DNA of 64,000 bases, taken from Octopus vulgaris. Lineage: Eukaryota. The notes beneath the pieces are model-generated. The model was not told the origin of the DNA. It saw nothing but the letters and a program-made list of their open reading frames with translations, and made no database searches. Shown here one piece after another: positions 41,001 to 55,300 of this stretch (within the stretch, counting starts at the first letter, position 1; every line of letters begins with the position of its first letter). Where the stretch lies: positions 42,532,001-42,596,000 of the forward strand of contig OX597814.1 in NCBI GenBank assembly GCA_951406725.2, in the 5' to 3' direction. A program made the position numbers and the translations under genes.

Positions 41001-42086
41001 AGAAAGTTGCTGTCTATGCGTATCGCTATATACAATATCTGTAGCAGTAGAGTTTCCTGAGTGACACTGAAAATATATACACAAGAGAAACCTTATATGC
41101 TTCTTCAAGAATGTCTAAAATATTCTTCAAGAATGTCTAAAAGATTCGTATATAGCTTTACAAGAGCCTAACATTGTATGAATTCTTTGTTTCCTTTCTG
41201 TTTGTGAACTTGATCTATAGAAGACAAATAGTGTTATTGCACCTACAGTTAGCTTGATGCGTGCAGCGCCTTCATATAATTTTCAACTGATAAGTTCAAA
41301 GGGAGTATTTTATCTTCCAGTTTCGATTGATTTAATTCTTTCCAGGGTTTTCCTTAAACGAATGCGACAATGATTGCATCTATCAACTTTGGGGATTATG
41401 TGAGAGGTAAAAGGTAGGAAAGAGATTAAAATAAAAAATGAAGAATGATTGATGAGAATAAGGCTTTATTAATTTTAGAACAAGAGACAATAGATTGAAA
41501 TAAGTGACATTTTTAGTTGTTTATGATTTCAGCCGACGAAATTTTCAATGGCAGATGAAGAACGATTACCTGATTCGATAATAAATTAGTTTAAATACAT
41601 ATTTACATATTTAAGTAACCGGATTGCTACATAGAGAAAAATAAAATAAAATATCAAATCCTAATATGAAAATAAAAATATTTTTCTAGTTTACATTCTT
41701 AATATATTAAGGAGCTAATGTGTAAAAACAGATTTTCCAATTCTGATATTCTACGTAAATGATTTTTAATAAATAGTATGAAATACTAAAAAAAAGGAAG
41801 AAGTCAACTTTTTCTCAGTCTAGAAGGAACCTTTAATAACTTTCTTACTCGTTTTCCTTGTAAATATACGCCTGACGCAGTGTGTCGCTACGTAGTGTCG
41901 CCGTGCCGATATTAAACATTGCCAAATTTTAATAAGGGAAATTAAATTAAAAGCTGTCAAATACATTAATGATACGTATTTTTTACTACATTGCCACGAG
42001 CATTTTTAGGATATAAATATATATTTATATATACATGCATACACACACACGCATATACCTATATACATACATACATATATATACCT

Positions 42087-42150
<64 letters not shown>

Positions 42151-42835
42151 CAATATCTGTATACTGAGAAATAATTGGGGAATTATACAATTTATTTCGC
42201 ATCGTGCGTGCACTTGCAATTCTCATATTCGAAATTTCCATCTCCCTGTGTTACTGACTTGCATATCTGTAATATAAAATCAATGAAGGAGAAACGTTTG
42301 CTTAGTGACGAAGACTTAAATATGAGAGAAGTAAGAAAATAATACGAGATTCTAGATTTGATTTCATCACGGTTGCTTCTTTTTATACACACATGTGTGT
42401 TGTGTCACCGTTATAGAGCATTTTCATGAAAGCAGAAACGTTAATATAATGATATAGTAAATCCATAAAAAAAAATTGAAGCTAATAACATGGATTGAAC
42501 ATGCTCGGAGAAATTAATTTCATTATCTATATTAATAATTTACTGTAAGTTTCTAAATAATACCGAATCTGCTGGTTCAACAATATTTCCATTTATTTGA
42601 TTGATTAATATAAAGTCCACTAAATTTTCTCTATGATCATTTTGGAAGAATGGACTCTATGTTAATGAATAGTGATATATATGTCCTTTAAATGGAAGAT
42701 TTTAAGTGCGAAATAGGTTCAAAAATTTATTTTGCGCTTTACATGGTTACAGGTGTTGCAACATTCATTTTCCTAAGAGAAAACGGATTAAATACACAAA
42801 AGTTCATAGGAAGTGTTCTACATCACCTAGAAACA

Positions 42836-42870
<35 letters not shown>

Positions 42871-42892
42871 TGAGAGAGAGAGACATCATCAT

Positions 42893-42956
42893 CATAAAAC
42901 TCCGATTTTCTGATGTCGGGGTGGAAATCCACGTCACCATCTCTTCAGTTATCCGG
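42893..42956 (-). ncRNA. Type-I hammerhead (left member of inverted pair)
   Basis: AUAA-CUGAAGA-GAUG...CAUC-A-GAAA-AUCGGAG-UU-UUAU. Confidence 0.6.
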
Positions 42957-43019
42957 CCATCGGAAAAATGAGCTTCACTAGGTCCGATTCGAATTCCGCT
43001 GGGCATTTTTCCGAGGGCC

Positions 43020-43082
43020 TGATAACTGAAGAGATGGCGGCATGGATTTTCAACTCGACAACCGAAACTCGGAGTTTTATCA
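43020..43082 (+). ncRNA. Type-I hammerhead (right member of inverted pair)
   Basis: UGAUAA-CUGAAGA-GAUG...CAAC-C-GAAA-CUCGGAG-UU-UUAUCA: perfect 6-bp helix I, intact core, short near-palindromic helix III. Confidence 0.68.
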
Positions 43083-43124
43083 TGGCTACCGAATAATTAT
43101 CACATATTATATTTACAGATAAAT

Positions 43125-43350
43125 TTCTTCCTAAATGAGACCTGCATGGCGTGGATGTGAGCTTCTGTAAAACTAAACTCGATCTCTTCTTGTCAGGGGT
43201 TCCAGATGAACCTCTCTCTCGGCAGGAAACACAGATGCGGACAGCGTCGTCGAACTCCCTTGTTGACCAAGTGCCAAGTATCAAATGGGGTTTCACATAC
43301 TAATGCAGCACAATCAATGGTGGTGCCCCAGTATGGCCGCAGCTTTCAAG
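43125..43350 (+). mobile_element. CR1-group LINE (second family) extreme 3' end
   Basis: DLHGVDVSFCKTKLDLFLSGVPDEP...AS SNSL-type ending, then tail GGTGGTGCCCCAGTATGGCCGCAGCTTTCAAGTTGAATC. Confidence 0.75.
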
Positions 43351-43385
43351 TTGAATCATTTTTAAGTATTAAAGGATTTATATAT

Positions 43386-43463
<78 letters not shown>

Positions 43464-43466
43464 ATG

Positions 43467-43945
43467 TATATAAATACATTAAAAGGCCTCGAAATAAAGA
43501 GGCGAGTGCTAGATACACAAAAAACGGATAAATTCATGAAATGGAATGAAAATCAAAAACGTTTACCATCTCAGCTAATCCTGTACTGCAGTTTCATATT
43601 TTTTTTATCAAATGAATAGAATTTATCTGCCAAGGCCAGAATCGTCAGCAGGAAGCCTTTGCAATCCGAGCTGTACCTACCGTTTGAAGCACGTGCAAAT
43701 CCAACGATCTGTATATCCTAACTTTTCAAACCAGTGCGCAGACGCAAATTATACCTGGCGAACAGAGAAAATTTACGAGCAAATTTATCGAGCAATATTT
43801 AAACATAGTAAATTGGGTAATAAAAAATAAATTATTTGGAGGCCTTTTAATGTATTTATATATGAATAACGCATAGTCTAATGACTAATTCGTCTTTTGT
43901 GCTATGTCACAGGTAATAATAATTTATTTTTATTACCCTATTTAC
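43467..43945. mobile_element. HHR-bearing element with ~30-bp inverted ends and structured terminus
   Basis: TATAAATACATTAAAAGGCCTC (from 43468) versus GAGGCCTTTTAATGTATTTATA (43839-43860). HHR inside. CACAGGT-hairpin-ACCCTA at 43908-43940. Confidence 0.6.
43580..43652 (-). ncRNA. Minimal type-I hammerhead
   Basis: CCUG-CUGACGA-...-GAAA-C-UGCA-G-UA-CAGG: intact core, 4-bp helix I, palindromic helix III loop, GUA site. Helix II is poorly defined. Confidence 0.65.
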
Positions 43946-43970
43946 TATGTTTATATATATGTATATATAT

Positions 43971-44043
<73 letters not shown>

Positions 44044-44084
44044 CGTTACTTTAGACTCACCCTATATGTATATATATATATATA

Positions 44085-44315
44085 TAGGGTAAGTCTAAAG
44101 TAGCGCCCAAATTTAGTGTTGGTATTTATGACTTCCAATTGGGAGATACTTTTGATTGCTAATTCTTGTTGTGCGGGTTAGGACTTCGAAGATTATTTAT
44201 AACATAATACAAGATCCAGATTTTTAACTTTGAAGCCTTTGAGAAACAATTTGCAAAACGACGAAGAAATGCAGGACGTCCCAGAGACCGATTGTTACTT
44301 TTGACTCACCCTGTA
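44085..44315. mobile_element. Tc1/mariner-type MITE-like remnant
   Basis: TAGGGTAAGTCTAAAGTA...TACTTTTGACTCACCCTG|TA inverted ends. A further solo end lies at 44042-44064. Confidence 0.6.
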
Positions 44316-44349
44316 TATATATATAATTCCACTCAGCTACACGCATATA

Positions 44350-45088
44350 TAGAATTGCGCAGAGAGGACGGACATTTATGAAATGACTATTAGTCAGCTG
44401 CAGTTGCTGACGGTACAATTCGGTCTGTGGTGGCTTTTCATTTTCTTTTATTTATTTTTATGTTCTTCAAGTGAACCCGTGGTGATGAGGTCGATAGATT
44501 ATCACGTTTCCTTCGACAGTTATGGGAAGAATAACTAGTCTGTCACAGCATTTCAGTGTGAGTTTCGGCGTCACTTCAACATATACCGAAATCAGGCTGT
44601 TCTGACACGTAACACAGTCTTACGTTGGGTGAATGCCCTTCGTACAAGAGGTACACTTGTGAATAGGTGAACAATGAGGTCGCCACGAACAGTACGGAAC
44701 CCGGAAATTGTAGATCACTTCAGGCAAGCTTTGATAATGAGTCTGAATCGTTCTGCTCGGAGGCATTCTGCATAATTTGGCATCTGTAATTGATCGGTAA
44801 GGCGTATTTTGCATGAAGACCTGTATTTTCCACCTGATCAAATTGGTTATTGGGCAACTGTTGACTATACACAGAGAAATGCTGGGGAGAGTGGAAACCA
44901 ACTTCCAAGAATGCCTTCAGAAATGCATCAATGGAATCTGCCACCACATGATAGATGTTTTCCACGCTTGATTTTGATAAGAGCGCTTTCAATACGAACA
45001 CATTGGTGTCAATAAAATTTGTTTGCTGCTAATATTAAGGATTTTGTGGATTTTTCAAAAACGGCCGTCCTCTCTGACTCACCTTGTA
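44350..45088 (+). mobile_element. Tc1/mariner superfamily (maT/rosa-like) internally deleted transposon
   Basis: QCEFRRHFN...RNTVLRWVNALRTRGTL...PRTVRNPE...SARRHS...SVRRILHEDL paired-HTH region. Ends share CAGAGAGGACGG / CCGTCCTCTCTG, and the right end is GACTCACCTTG|TA. Confidence 0.75.
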
Positions 45089-45305
45089 CTTGACGGCTAA
45101 ACACTTACCTGTACATACATGAATTGATATGCACGAATATATGAAGTCGAGCTTGTATGATTCCACCATAGTAATTTTTGTTTTTATTCTATTCGCCAAA
45201 CAGAACGCAAAAAATGTTATACTTGCAGTAACGACAAAAAAATTTATTACAATATAAACGTTAAATGAAGGGAAAAAATATTTTTCCTAGAAAATATTCA
45301 GGTAA

Positions 45306-45357
<52 letters not shown>

Positions 45358-45623
45358 ATATGTATGTGTATGTATGTGTGCGTCTTTGTGTGTATAAGTT
45401 TTATTTAAAATTAAAGTTTAGAGAGGGTACTTTAAGGTATAGTATCCAAACTTTGTTACGGGCATATTCTTTGTAATGTGCGTGCAGAGCACGTTCGCCG
45501 CTTGCAGCTACCGGGCGTCAGTCCGGGTAGCGCACTTTCTTTGATGGATGCACGTAAGTAAATCATCTGTGCAGGCTGATTGAATTCTAAATTATTCCAG
45601 TGTATTGGAAGATTTATTCAGTA

Positions 45624-45855
45624 AGGTGGTGAGCTGGCAGAAACATTAGCACGCCGGGCGAAATGCGTAGCCGTATTTCGTCAGCCGTTACGTTCTGAGT
45701 TCAAATTCCGCCGAGGTCAACTTTGCCTTTCATCCGTTCGGGGTCGATAAGTTAAGTACCAGTTACGCACTGGGGTCGATGTAATCGACTTAATCCCTTT
45801 GTCTGTCCTTGTTTGTCCCCTCTGTGTTTAGCCCCTTGTGGGTAGTAAAGAAATA
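45624..45855 (+). mobile_element. SINE family B, full length with perfect 17-bp TSD
   Basis: GGAAGATTTATTCAGTA at 45607-45623 and 45856-45872. Confidence 0.95.
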
Positions 45856-46533
45856 GGAAGATTTATTCAGTACAATGATCTTTTCAAGCGTTTCCTGTTT
45901 GATATAGATCTCCAGATAATCCAAAGCTAATATACAAAGTTGAACTGTATCACCACTGGATTTCATAAAACCATGGTTGCATTCCATTGTTAATATGGTT
46001 TTTTCCCCATGTTATAGAAGGAAACGCATAACTAATTGACTTTACATATTTTATTATTTTTGCTTTCCAGACTTACGTTTGTTTCTAATTGGCATTGTAG
46101 GTGCGTTCATAGTTCCGTTTACTCAATCGGTCGCTTGATCGATTGAAAAGAAAAAAACTTAATAATCTCTATAATTACTATATTCATAAAAACAAAAGCA
46201 GTAAAACACGGAAAATGAACAAGGAGAAAAGAAACAAAAATGGAAAAAGAAAAATAGAAGAGGACAGGAGAAGAGAGGAGAAGAGAGAGGAAGAGAGAGT
46301 GAAAAGAAAAGAGATAAAGATGGAAGGAGACTAAATAGAAGCTGGTGATAGTTGTATCTATAGAGGAACTTGGTCATCCCCTCAAACCATTGTTTTCTGC
46401 TACCAGGATTTATCAGTATCATCAACATAGTGTATTGAAATTTGTAGCCCTTCATCTACTCATATGGTCAGTTGGTAGTTGAATTTTATATTTAGGGTAT
46501 ATGGTTTACTACAACATTATATTTGTTTTACAG

Positions 46534-46564
46534 GTATATGTTGTGTAGGAAGTATTTATCTCAG
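46534..46564 (+). other. Candidate 31-nt micro-exon
   Basis: tttgttttacag| ... cag|gtaagt: consensus acceptor and donor 31 nt apart. Confidence 0.35.
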
Positions 46565-47176
46565 GTAAGTGCATTTCCCTAGTTATTCGAAGTGAGTAGT
46601 GCGGGAATTTACATAAGAATGTTTTAAAATATATAATGGCAAAATATAAAACGATTAGAAATTAAGAACATTAAACCTCAATGCAATAATGTCAAATAGA
46701 AGGTTAAATAATGAGATGGGAAAGAAAAGATAAACGTATGGCAAACCAAAACCCAAAACAAGCAATGGCAAAGATATATGACATGTGGTAAACAAAGAAA
46801 TAGATAGAATACAATGAAGTAAAATAAACAATGTGGTTAAAATTGGTCATAATTCTTATTTAGACACATTGAATTACAATACAATGCGATAAAGAGCTTG
46901 AACTCGCACACCGCTAAAGAACAAAAGTTGATTCCGTTTCTTGGGTTCTTCTCTCACTCTCTTTCTCTTTCTTCTTTCTTCTTTCTCTCATTCCTCTTAT
47001 ATTTCTTTCTTTTCGTGTAATTTACACTCGTGCAGAGACTCCGAGGTGATAGTATTTGTTAAATTCGTTTAAATGTTTTAATCCCTCAGTCGACTGACTT
47101 AATGAACAGAGGTATGAACGTAACTATAATTCCTACCAAAAACAGTTGTAGGAAATATCTAAAATCCATCATACAT

Positions 47177-47232
<56 letters not shown>

Positions 47233-48129
47233 AGAGGGAGAGAGAGAGAGCATTCTGTATATCCTATTTAATGTGGATTTGTTGTAGAAAGACACGACGC
47301 AATTTCAGTATTTGTGCGCCTCAAGAGAGTATAAACGTATAGTGATAAAAATTTAGAATATCAGAAGCAGACGAAATGTCCAGCAGAACCAGTAGAATTT
47401 GTAAACCTAAATTTCTGCTTCATTTGTGCTGAGTTCAGATCTTTCCACACTTCACCTTCACATTTCTTTCTAGGCTAAATAAGAAAAAAAGGTTGAACTA
47501 GAGTCGAAAGAATCGTAAGTGCACCAGATTGGATGCTTTTGCTTATCTGTTCAAAGTTTTTGTCTTCTATGCTCAAAACTACCTGTCTTTTGTATGTGAT
47601 AAACTGTACATGTTTCACTGTTTATCAGTACAACGTATTACTTAAGGCCTTTTAGGCATGTCACTACCTTCGAAAGCAATCGAACAGGCTCACTGCTTTC
47701 AGCATATATTCTGAACCAATCTCTACCTTCCATGTAAAGAATCAGGCTTAATTTGATGACCAGACATACATATTAGGCAAGCGCATGAATATATGTTTGA
47801 CAGAATCTATATAACGCTCTTCAGTATAAATTACATTGCTCTGTGTTTTTCCATACCCATCGAATATAGATTCATCACGTACATCCTTATAGATATATTA
47901 TACAATCAAGAAACTACGAGACAAACCGTCCTCAATCAAAACTGGAATAGAAAACGGATGTCTTTGATGAAATCACGAATATTGACGAAAGGATTCTGAC
48001 GAACTTCACTTACTGACTGATTAAGTGAACGATTAATTAAACAATGGATTAATTAATTGACTTAATTATTAACTAGTTGACAAATAATGATGGAATGATT
48101 GTATTTGTTCTTAACATAATGACACTCGT

Positions 48130-48780
48130 GAGATAAATCAGGGAAATAAACCTCGTTGTAGGATACCAAATAAGCCAGTATAGATGGCTCATCCGGTATC
48201 CCTGACGAAATTTGTCTATTTATAGTTTCAATATGATGGGTTTTTTTCTTCTTTGGCTTGTTTTGATATAATATTAAGTGGGGCTTATTGACAAAAAGAA
48301 ATTTCGTTAGTGTATTTACATGTCGTGTGTTTAGGGATACTTGTGATTCTTGGAGCACATGTGCATTGTTCAGCAGGAAATATTAGTTTAACACGGACTC
48401 TAGTATGGGACAATTTTGACAGGAGGATGTGTGATCGACTTTACAGAAAGCGTTTCCGAAGCTAGAATATATGACACCAGAGATCGAACCTCATCTCAAA
48501 GTTTTAAGGACATCATTGATTTGATGTAAAATCTGTGTTGAACAGTCCCTGGCGCAGCGAAAGCTCTGCTGGTTGGAATTTAGAAAATTGTTACTCTCCA
48601 GGAAACCAGTTGACTTTGATCTCACCACCCTTTCAAATAAGTCGATGATATGGGGGTTGAGTGAGACTGGCCTATCTTTAATTGCAAGAGACCTGCTGAA
48701 GGCCGGGATGATATACACATTGGGATAAAAAAATGTTTCGGTATAAAACTTGAGTCTAAAGAATTTCTCCAAGGTTCAGT
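48130..48780 (-). mobile_element. CR1-group LINE, internally deleted RT fragment
   Basis: RPVSLNPHIIDLFERVV...NNFLNSNQQSFRCARDCSTQIL...AFCKVDH, then IPDEP near the 3' end. Confidence 0.8.
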
Positions 48781-48914
48781 TAGAGCGTATGCAAGTTGGT
48801 ATATTCATTCTTTAAGATACCAGTAGTGATTCTATCACGACCCATAGTAGTTTAATACTTGATTTCATTTATTGCTGCAATGTTGTCTGATGAGTAAAAA
48901 TGTCAGTGATATGT

Positions 48915-49095
48915 TGGAAATGCTTAACGGCATTTCGTCCGTCTTAACGTTCTGAGTTCAAAATCGGACGTGGTCGATTTTGCATTTCATAATTTCGGAA
49001 TCGATAAAACAATTAACTCTTGAGCGTTGAGGCTGATGTAATCGACTGTCCTAATCACCTAAACTTTCAGGCCACATACCTATAGTAGGAACGAA
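48915..49095 (+). mobile_element. SINE family B, diverged
   Basis: gaaatgcttaacggcatttcgtccgtcttaacgttctgagttcaaaatc...gatgtaatcgact. Confidence 0.75.
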
Positions 49096-50008
49096 TATTA
49101 CCTAATCATAATTTATATTCATTGTGTTTGACGCATGTATATTTGAAACGATCTTTATACTGGAATAAATGTAATATCATTATCTGTAAATATATATGCA
49201 TGGATCTATACCCGACTACAGACACACACACAGGCATAAGTCTCTGTATATAAAACATGCACATACGAATGTATACACGTATCCTTATATTATTGTAACC
49301 TTATTTTGTGTTCCAAATTTATTACTGTTATGCCTTGAAATAACAGGATATGAAATTGATTAACATGAATATAGTTATTAACAACCTAACAGTTTTACTG
49401 CGAAAATAATCGATGACACAATTATATTTTCCTTCGTGTACCTTACTTGCTATAAGAAATTATATACACACCGAAATACCATTGAACAGTAACTGAATAT
49501 AATAGCTTATGATTACTTAATAAATTCTGGATACAAGATATATTTTCCCAATGTCTGCTGCAAATCACCTGCTTTTTATGATATGATGTAATAGAAAACC
49601 AACTTAGATTTCTAATGGAAATTAAAGAAGCCATACTTTAGCGAAAGAAAGAAAACACCGCCATGAAATCGCATAGATTGTCGGGTAGTCTTATCTAATA
49701 TCTACACTTGCTTTGTCGAAGGCAGGAGGTTTATTTTAAAGTCAAGAGTCATATTATAAACTGATAAAGAAAAGAATAAATTGAAAAAATAATCTATATT
49801 GAATATAAATATATACTTCAATATAAAGCTCTCTGCTAAAGTCTTTTTTTACACCTTGTTACATTGTGACATTTGCATCTACATGAACTTGATTATTCAT
49901 ATTATCTAACCTAGTTTGATATGAATAAAGATTTCTCTGTTGATATAAATTCGATTGTATTATTTTCTCTTATATTCTATGTCACTATCTCCTTGAGTAA
50001 ATGTACTG

Positions 50009-50063
<55 letters not shown>

Positions 50064-50319
50064 CTCACTGATTCGAATGCACTATCGCATGTTGTTATAC
50101 ATCGCTGATCAGAAAACGCTTTGCACTGGGGATTAGCATTCGAATAATGTCACTAGGCTGGTTTGGCGAGTAGGTCAGGATTCGCCCTAACTGGAAGGCT
50201 ATTTCCAATAGGCCACGCGCCTTCATATATAGACAATTATGTACTTACGCATATGCATATATACATACTCACACACATATATATATATATGGCTCAAAAG
50301 TAAATATATATATATGTGA

Positions 50320-50541
50320 AGGCGGTAAGCTGGCAGAAACGTTAGCGCGCCGGGCGAAATGCTTAGCGGTATTTCGTCTGTCCTTACATTCTGCGTTCAA
50401 ATTCCGCCGACGTCGACTTTGCCTTTCATACTTTCGGGGTCGATAAATTAAGTACCAGTTACGCACTGGGGTCGATGTAATCGACTTAATCCCTTTGTCT
50501 GTCCTTGTTTGTCTTCTCTGTGTTTAGCCCCTTGTGAGTAG

Positions 50542-50544
<3 letters not shown>
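50320..50544 (+). mobile_element. SINE family B, full length
   Basis: Near-identical to 45624-45855, inserted in (TA)n. Confidence 0.93.
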
Positions 50545-50616
<72 letters not shown>

Positions 50617-50978
50617 ATTGATATATTTGGGAATGGAAATATTATTTTAACAATTAACTACACGCACTGTACACTTGGTTGCTATTGTTATTTTAACGTC
50701 CTTTGTCTGAGTTTTTTGTCACACATCCTGTGATCTCTTCTTAGAGGAAATATTAGGTATGTAAAAAACATTAGTTTTATGAAAGGAGTATTTTGTTTTC
50801 ACATAGAAGATACGAGAAAAGTTGAAAAGCGGTGTGGCAGTTTTTTTCTTTTCTTTGAGTCAAAATATGAGTAACTAGTAATCTCGCGTTTTTCATATGT
50901 TTAAGCATGTCAGTTTTTATTATAATGCTAAAATATGTTTTAATAGATAAATATGTTTAAAAGGTTCACGGATAATAT

Positions 50979-51038
<60 letters not shown>

Positions 51039-51699
51039 GTGTAATTTTAAGTTTCATATGCATATAGATAAAAAGTACCAACAATCATTAATGCTGGATT
51101 ATAAGAATTTATAAAATAGAAGATAAAATATTCAGTTAACATCATTTATGTAAAAATAGGGGTTCCATCACAAATGATATATATTGGAGGTTGTTTAATG
51201 CTAGTTATATGTTTTCTATTTAATCGTGAGAAAGGTATTATAGATTAATAGTAAGAGTCATTATAGATTCATTGTAAGATTAATAGTAATGGTATAATTA
51301 CAAAAGGAAGAGATCACTATATTGAATTCATACATGCAGAATGGTGTTAAATATATATATTTCGTATATAGCGTGTTTTGGTGCATTTGTATACATACAA
51401 ATGCACATATTCATACACAGATTCATATGTCTGTATGCATATATGTATGTATGTGTGTGAGTATGCATAAGTTTACATGCACCTGTATCTGTGTTAGTAA
51501 CAGCAAAATTTGTATCTGTAAATCTCCGAAAGCATGCCATCACAAGTGTCATTTGAGATCACTGCGACAAAATAACAGTTTTCTCTATAAAAGCGATTCG
51601 TTTATGTCAAAATATATTGAGGTGTAATAGGACGTTGCACTATAGTTCATATCGTTTGCACCTTCTCATTATTTTTAATTCTTTTCACTGGTGATTTCA

Positions 51700-52470
51700 A
51701 TTTCTTTTTTCTCCATAACCTATGTATTTTATTATTAAATAGAATGAACGTTTACTCGGTTAATATTTTGAGGTGAATATTTTCTCGGTATATATTGGTC
51801 TTAAAATGCTCAAATTATTGATAGGGAATACTCTAACGGTTTCAGGAAAGATCATATTTTGACGATTCTTTTCAATGTCAGTGATAGCATATCTTCTACT
51901 ATTAATTTTAACATTAGAGATACCGATGCTTTAGGCAGAGCTGCTTCTAACATTTGTACTACGTGTGTTAGGTATATTCTCCTTTTAGAAATTGGTTTTC
52001 TAAAAGGAGAATGCTGGTTGCTTTTAGGATTTGATTTATAAACGAAAATATTATCAATACTACCATTAGTTTCAACTGTGAATTTTAGATACATAGATAC
52101 TGTCACAGTACTTTTCGGATGCGGCTACACTGAAAAATGGAACATCATATGTATACATCAATGTCAGAGGGACAACCTCTCTTTTGTAATATCGATCTTC
52201 TTAGTTCAGCAACTTGATTTCTATTAAACATCGAAGGACGTTTTCATTTTTGACTTCGAAAATCAGAGTGGTTTCTCTCGCATACGTAATCATCCTAGCA
52301 TCATTATCAACACTCATTGCATTTGTCTTATCAATTGTGAATATTTTAACCCTTCTTTCTCAAAATTCTTTCATATTACTATACCATTTATTATGTCTTC
52401 TATTTATTGCAACTACTTCATTTTGCCATTTATTTTATCTTTTATCGCCAATAAGTTGTTAACATTTGTC
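51700..52470 (-). mobile_element. Probable Penelope-like RT remnant with deletions
   Basis: IDKTNAMSV...; YLKFTVETNG...SNQHSP... resemble PLE RT motifs (DK.N..V; LKFT.E; S.HP). Confidence 0.4.
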
Positions 52471-53336
52471 TAAAGTGGTGTTCAATATTTGTTTGTAGAC
52501 TGTTTTACAGCTTGCTATATAAATCATCTGAATAAAGTCATCAATATAAGAGTATGGTTGTCAGTTTTCATACGGATCTGAGGGGTGAAATAAGTTATGA
52601 GATTTGTAAATCTTTCCCTTCAAATTATATTCACACGTTTATCCATGTGTGTATGAGTATATGTATCTGCGAGTTTGGCTGTATGTATCAATTTCTTTGT
52701 CTAAGAATTTATATAGGTATCTATTTTATGTTGACAGAAATACATCTTTTAGTGTGGAACTACAAACACTTCAGATTTAAAAATTTTCCCTGTAATCCTT
52801 TAAGATATTTCCAATGATAAAAAATTTTCATTGAATAATATATACTTACATTTGTATCGAATATGTAAACGTTATCTAAATATTATTTGGCATGTGTATT
52901 CTATGTAATATAATATATTATAAAAGTGGTTAACACGGCGAGGAAGGTAGAAACGCTAATTTAGTTTTTATGTTGGAAAATGTATAATTCTTAGTAGTTT
53001 CTAATGAGATTTTGTTTATGATTTAGTATATTCCCTTTCTGAAAATCTCATAATACAAAATGTTTTAGTATGCAAACTTTCTTACGCAGCTCTAAATGAT
53101 GGTAAAATGAAAAGCGATTATTTCTTCTGACTGTTAAGCTTCGAAAATATAATGTTGCTGTATTGTCAGTATTACTCTATATTTTTTACTTATTCATGAC
53201 AATCGAAATAATAAGCTTTAATATTAAAACACACACACACACACACATGTATATATATATATATATATATGAAAATGCAATATATATATTTATATAATAA
53301 TGATTTGCAAAATAGTCTTATATTTGTCTCTAATAA

Positions 53337-53458
<122 letters not shown>

Positions 53459-53469
53459 TAGATATATAT

Positions 53470-53970
53470 GCACAGTCACCTTGCCAATTTGTTTTAGGAG
53501 CGGTTAGCCAGAGCAAGACATACACCAAGCATTCACTTCATTTCCCTTTTCAAAAGGGCGATGCCCGTTCTGTACTTGGGTCGAAGCATAGAACGCTCCT
53601 CCAATATCAGCAGCGAGGCCCGTCAGCATATGTCGGTTTACTCCCGCCGCATCATACTAGTTCCGCACCACCCCTTTGATCAACATCGATCTCCCTCATC
53701 CGTCCACAAACATTCTCCAAGCTTTCCTATCATTTATCAATTCTCTTGCCTCTCACTCCAACACCTCTAGCCAGCGAAGCTTTCCCCACTCCATCCATCT
53801 ACACAAACTGAGGTCTACCTATGGTTGTGTTGCCTAACAATTCATCCTTTATCACTCACCACCCGTACATCATCCGTCCTCTCCATGTGGACTAAGCACC
53901 GACTATCCAATTTGGTTGTTAGTTTTCTCTCATTCCTGCTCGTTTTTGCACCTCCTCATTCCTCATGAGT
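53470..53970 (-). mobile_element. RTE-clade LINE 3' end
   Basis: MRNEEVQKRAG...HMERT...GRP...EARELINDRKAWRMFV (RTE C-terminus DR..WR). The 3' UTR runs into the (TATC)n/(TA)n tract. Confidence 0.65.
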
Positions 53971-54416
53971 ATGCATATCTCAAATAAAAAAGGTCCTCTA
54001 TACTTCAAAATAAAAGTAACCATATCAATGTTTTCACTGGAGACATACGGAGTTTTGAATCATATACTAACGTGGTAAATGAGGATTGTTCACTTGTACT
54101 TGTATGGCAAACGAGCATCCAACTAAAACTTAATTACTGAGAATAAAAATGCATATGGAGAAATATGTAGCATTTACAGTTCTTGGAAATTATTGAAAAC
54201 TTTTTACGCATACATAAATATACATAATTTAACGACATTATTCCTAGTGTTACTATAATTTAACGTGTGGAATATTCCACATCAGAAATATTTAATCTTA
54301 ATAATAATTTAATCTTGTAATGATCGACGATTATTGCAATATATGGTAGGTTTCAAGCACGAAAACCATATATATATAAATATATACATACATATACATA
54401 TATACACATACACATA

Positions 54417-54469
<53 letters not shown>

Positions 54470-54708
54470 TTATTTGTATATAATTGTATATATATATGTG
54501 TATATATGTATATATACATATGTGTGTGTGTGTGTGTGTGTGTGTACATATGTAATGTAATCACATGCGGGCCTTTCTTTAACAATTTTTCGTATATTTG
54601 GAACATTTGTCTAGTCTTTCTAACGAAGAACCATTCTTAAAACCTTACACACACAATCTCCTCTCTTTTCCAACATAAAGTAAGTGTCAACCATTTTAGC
54701 CCCCCCCC

Positions 54709-55300
<592 letters not shown>

